Positions 60,991-64,000 of a stretch of 64,000 nt of DNA are shown one piece after another (the first letter of the stretch is position 1; every line of letters starts with the position of its first letter). The translations under genes were made by a program, and so were the position numbers. The stretch covers positions 736,001 through 800,000 of the forward strand of contig CAWJMB010000002.1 in the NCBI GenBank assembly GCA_963843845.1, read 5' to 3'. The notes under the pieces are model-generated. The model was not told where the DNA came from. It ran no database searches and was given only the letters and a program-made list of their open reading frames with translations. This DNA is from an uncultured Gemmatimonadaceae bacterium (GTDB taxonomy: Bacteria; Gemmatimonadota; Gemmatimonadetes; Gemmatimonadales; Gemmatimonadaceae).

Positions 60991-63900
60991 ATGGCGAAGC
61001 CCGTGCTCTTCCTCGCGTTCGCGAACGACCGCGCGAGCGCCGGCGCGCCCGGCCACGCCGGCTACCTGCGCGGCCTCGTGCAGGAGCAGAAACAGCTTCG
61101 CGCCGCGCTCGCCGACGACCGCGGACGGCGCGAGCGCGGCGAGGAGCGGTGGGCCGTCGTCGACGTGGCCGACGCGACGATCGACGACCTCGTCGCCGGA
61201 CTCCAGGCGCACCGCGACCGCATCGCGATCTTTCACTACGGCGGCCACGCGGGTGACTACGAGCTGCTGCTGCAATCCGCCGCCGGGGAGCCCGCGGTCG
61301 CCGACGCCGGCGGTCTCGCCCGCCTCCTCGGCGCACAGCGCGGCCTGCAGCTCGTCTTTCTGAACGGCTGCTCGACGCGCGGCCACGTCGACGAGCTGCT
61401 CGCTGCGGGCGTTCCGGCCGTCGTCGCGACCCGGCGACCCGTCGAGGATGCGATCGCGCTCGACGTCGCGCGCCACTTCTACGCCGGCCTCGCGAGCGGC
61501 GCGAGCCTCGGACGCGCGTACGACGAGGCGATGAACGCGGCGCGCACCGCGATCGGCGGAGCGCGCGCGAGCGCCACGCGCACCGTCGACACGAGCGAGG
61601 ACGAGGCCGACACGCTCGCCGACCGGCTGCCGTGGGAGCTGCACGTCCGCCCGGGCGCCGCGGTCGTGCTCGAGTGGAGCCTGGGCGCGGCGGTCGGCGA
61701 CCCGCTGTTCGGGCTGCCGCCGCTCGCGCCGCGCGACCTGCCGCCGTCGCCGTTCCGCCACCTTCGCTGGTTCACCCGCGACGACGCCGAACTGTTCTTC
61801 GGGCGCGGCGCCGAGATCCACACCCTGCTCGAGACGCTGACGTCGACCGAGCGGAGCGCGCCGCCGGTCGTGCTGTTCTACGGACAGAGCGGCGCCGGCA
61901 AGTCGTCGCTGCTCGACGCCGGGCTCGGGCCCCGCCTCGAGGCGACGCACGACGTGCGCTACGTGCGCCGCGACGAGCGGCTCGGCCTCGACGGAACGCT
62001 GCGCGCGGCGTTCGCGCTGAGCGCGGCGGCCGACAGCGCGGCGCTGCGCGACGCGTGGCGCACCCGCGAGACCGAGGGGGGCCGCCCTGTGGTCGTCATC
62101 CTCGACCAGGCCGAAGAAGCGTTCAGCAAGCGCGGGCGCGCCGGCGAGCTCGACGCGCTCGTCGCGGACCTCGGCGCGCTCTTCCGCGACGTCGCGAACC
62201 GGCCGCGCGGGCGGCTCGTGCTCTCGTTCCGCAAGGAGTGGCTCGCCGAGTTCGCGAAGCGGCTCGGCGACGCGCACGTGCCGTTCCGCGAGCTGTTTCT
62301 CGACCGCCTCGGCAAGGCGGGGGTGCTCGACGTCGTCACGGGACCGACGCGCGTCGCGCGGCTCCGCGAGCGGTACGGGTTGCGCATCGTCGAGACCGAG
62401 AGCGAGCCGCTCGCCGAGATCGTCGCCGACGATCTGCTCGAGGACCGCGCGTCCGCGGTGGCGCCGACGCTGCAGGTGCTGCTGTCGAAGATGTGGGAGC
62501 ACCCGCGGGCGCGGCGCGACGACGGACGCGTGTTCGACAAGGAGCTGTATCAGACGCTCAAGAGCGACGGCATCCTGCTGAGCGACTTCGTCGACGAGCA
62601 GCTCGCCGCGCTCGAGGCGTGGCGACGCGGCACGGTCGACTCGGGGTTCGCGCTCGACCTGCTGCACGCGCACACGACCGAGCTGGTGACGGCGCGCATG
62701 CGCACCGCCGCGCAGCTCGCGGCGGCCTACGGCGCCGACGGCGCCTACGGTGCCGACGGCGTGCGCGACGTCGTCGCGCAGTGCCGCGACCGCTACCTGC
62801 TCGTCGACACGACGCCGGTGGCCGGGTCGGCGCCGGCGGCCGACGCGGGGACGGGAGCCGGCGCGCCGTCAGCTGCAACGACGCTCGCCCACGACACGCT
62901 CGCGCCGGTCGTGCGCCGCCGCTTCGAGCTCTCCGACCGCCCCGGCCAGCGCGCGCGCCGCATCCTCGAGGCCCGGGCGCCCGAGTGGGCGGACGGCGCG
63001 ACCGGCCGCACGCTCGACCGCGTCGACCTGGCGACGGTCGAGGAGGGACGGAACGGCATGCGCGCCTGGACCCCCGCCGAAGTCGCGCTCGTCGAGGCGA
63101 GCCGCGTGGCGTGCGCGCGCGACGAGCGGGACCGACGCTGGCGGCGGCGTGCGGCGTACGTCGCGGTCGCGCTCATCGCCGTGCTCGCGGCCGTCGCGAC
63201 ACGAACGGCGATCGACGCGACGCGGCAGGAGCGGCGCGCCACGGCGCTCGCCTACTTCGGCGCGTCGACCGGCACCGAAGACCGCGTCGCGGCGGCGCTC
63301 GTGCTCGCGCGGATCGACACGACGATCGAGCCGGTCGGCGCGCTGCAGCACGCGCTCAACCTCGCGCGCGATCCGCTGCCGCGGCTCGAGCTCGACGTCG
63401 GCGGTCCGGTCCGGTCCATCGACGTGAGCGCCGACGGCAGCGTGCTCGCGCTCGGCGAGGACGAGCGCGTGCGGGTCTGGCCTCGCACCGCGCACGCGAC
63501 GACTGGCGCCCCGATCGTGCTCGGCGACAGCACGCTCCTGATCCAGAGCGCGACGTTCCGCCCCGGCGGCGGTGCACTCACGCTGCTCCTCACGAGCTAC
63601 GACGACACGCTGCGGTTCGTCTCGGTGCGCGACGACGGTCGGACCTCGATGCGGCGCGTGGCGGTCGACGGCGCCGCGATCGTCGACGCACGCTACACCG
63701 CGGACGGCCGCCGCATCTTCGTCACGGGGATGATCGCGAACGCCACGATGGGTGCGGACGACGGCGAGGCGAAGCGGACGCGCAGCGACATGGACGCGCC
63801 GCCGGAGCGCGCGAGCCCGGACGGACGCCTGCGCTATCACACCGAAGGGTACGACGGCGCGAGAGTGTGGCGCGCGAACGACCCCGACCGCACCCCGCTC

Positions 63901-64000
63901 TCGCTCCGTCCGGCGCCCGACACGCTCGGCTACCAGCTCGCGGTCAGCCACGACGGACGGCTCCTCGCCGACATCACCGACGACTCGCTGCGGCTCTGGG
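60991..64000 (+). CDS. CHAT protease, STAND NTPase (nSTAND1-like), TM, WD40 repeat protein; 3'-truncated by the window
   Basis: Absent from the ORF track (no stop in window); open frame from ATG 60991. FHYGGHA and FLNGCST dyad; SPFRHLRWFTRDDAELFFGR, GQSGAGKSS, ILDQAEE; TM AAYVAVALIAVLAAVA; VRSIDVSADG..VRVW WD40. Confidence 0.88.
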   Translation, partial: MAKPVLFLAFANDRASAGAPGHAGYLRGLVQEQKQLRAALADDRGRRERGEERWAVVDVADATIDDLVAGLQAHRDRIAIFHYGGHAGDYELLLQSAAGEPAVADAGGLARLLGAQRGLQLVFLNGCSTRGHVDELLAAGVPAVVATRRPVEDAIALDVARHFYAGLASGASLGRAYDEAMNAARTAIGGARASATRTVDTSEDEADTLADRLPWELHVRPGAAVVLEWSLGAAVGDPLFGLPPLAPRDLPPSPFRHLRWFTRDDAELFFGRGAEIHTLLETLTSTERSAPPVVLFYGQSGAGKSSLLDAGLGPRLEATHDVRYVRRDERLGLDGTLRAAFALSAAADSAALRDAWRTRETEGGRPVVVILDQAEEAFSKRGRAGELDALVADLGALFRDVANRPRGRLVLSFRKEWLAEFAKRLGDAHVPFRELFLDRLGKAGVLDVVTGPTRVARLRERYGLRIVETESEPLAEIVADDLLEDRASAVAPTLQVLLSKMWEHPRARRDDGRVFDKELYQTLKSDGILLSDFVDEQLAALEAWRRGTVDSGFALDLLHAHTTELVTARMRTAAQLAAAYGADGAYGADGVRDVVAQCRDRYLLVDTTPVAGSAPAADAGTGAGAPSAATTLAHDTLAPVVRRRFELSDRPGQRARRILEARAPEWADGATGRTLDRVDLATVEEGRNGMRAWTPAEVALVEASRVACARDERDRRWRRRAAYVAVALIAVLAAVATRTAIDATRQERRATALAYFGASTGTEDRVAAALVLARIDTTIEPVGALQHALNLARDPLPRLELDVGGPVRSIDVSADGSVLALGEDERVRVWPRTAHATTGAPIVLGDSTLLIQSATFRPGGGALTLLLTSYDDTLRFVSVRDDGRTSMRRVAVDGAAIVDARYTADGRRIFVTGMIANATMGADDGEAKRTRSDMDAPPERASPDGRLRYHTEGYDGARVWRANDPDRTPLSLRPAPDTLGYQLAVSHDGRLLADITDDSLRLW

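Overview
Very GC-rich bacterial DNA. Gene content and style suggest Gemmatimonadota (Gemmatirosa/Roseisolibacter-like), which is an inference. About 46 protein genes; no rRNA, tRNA, CRISPR array, transposase or integrase recognised. Many genes carry apparent single-base frameshifts clustered in blocks (about 23-37 kb and 46-51 kb, plus isolated ones), most likely read or assembly errors. Layout: (1) 0.2-26.6 kb mixed housekeeping and accessory genes: EamA, DUF5916, OhrR, SDR, a cluster of three histidine kinases plus a response regulator, D-aminoacylase, tgt, a B3 metallo-beta-lactamase with an E-x-H-x-D-H site, an orphan HExxH peptidase, a VPS10/BNR protein and an MFS permease. (2) 26.7-35.0 kb defence island, hsdR-hsdS-mrr-HEPN-DUF3800-hsdM. 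It contains a candidate small two-hairpin RNA with its own near-consensus sigma70 promoter, pointing convergently at the DUF3800 stop codon. (3) 35-53.6 kb regulators and transport: ECF sigma with a kinase-less partner, STAND-BTAD regulator with candidate operator boxes, kup with a short KdpDE-like pair, ECF42/YciI. (4) 53.8-64 kb: Ser/Thr kinase, a small Pro-rich peptide of Arg-terminated repeats, a metacaspase, a lipase-like hydrolase and a CHAT-STAND-TM-WD40 (NLR-like) protein running off the window. The best candidates for undescribed biology are the DUF3800 plus ncRNA module and the peptide/metacaspase/lipase/CHAT-NLR operon. Chains of stop-start-coupled mini-ORFs made by tandem duplication of (A/G)TGA overlaps are also notable.
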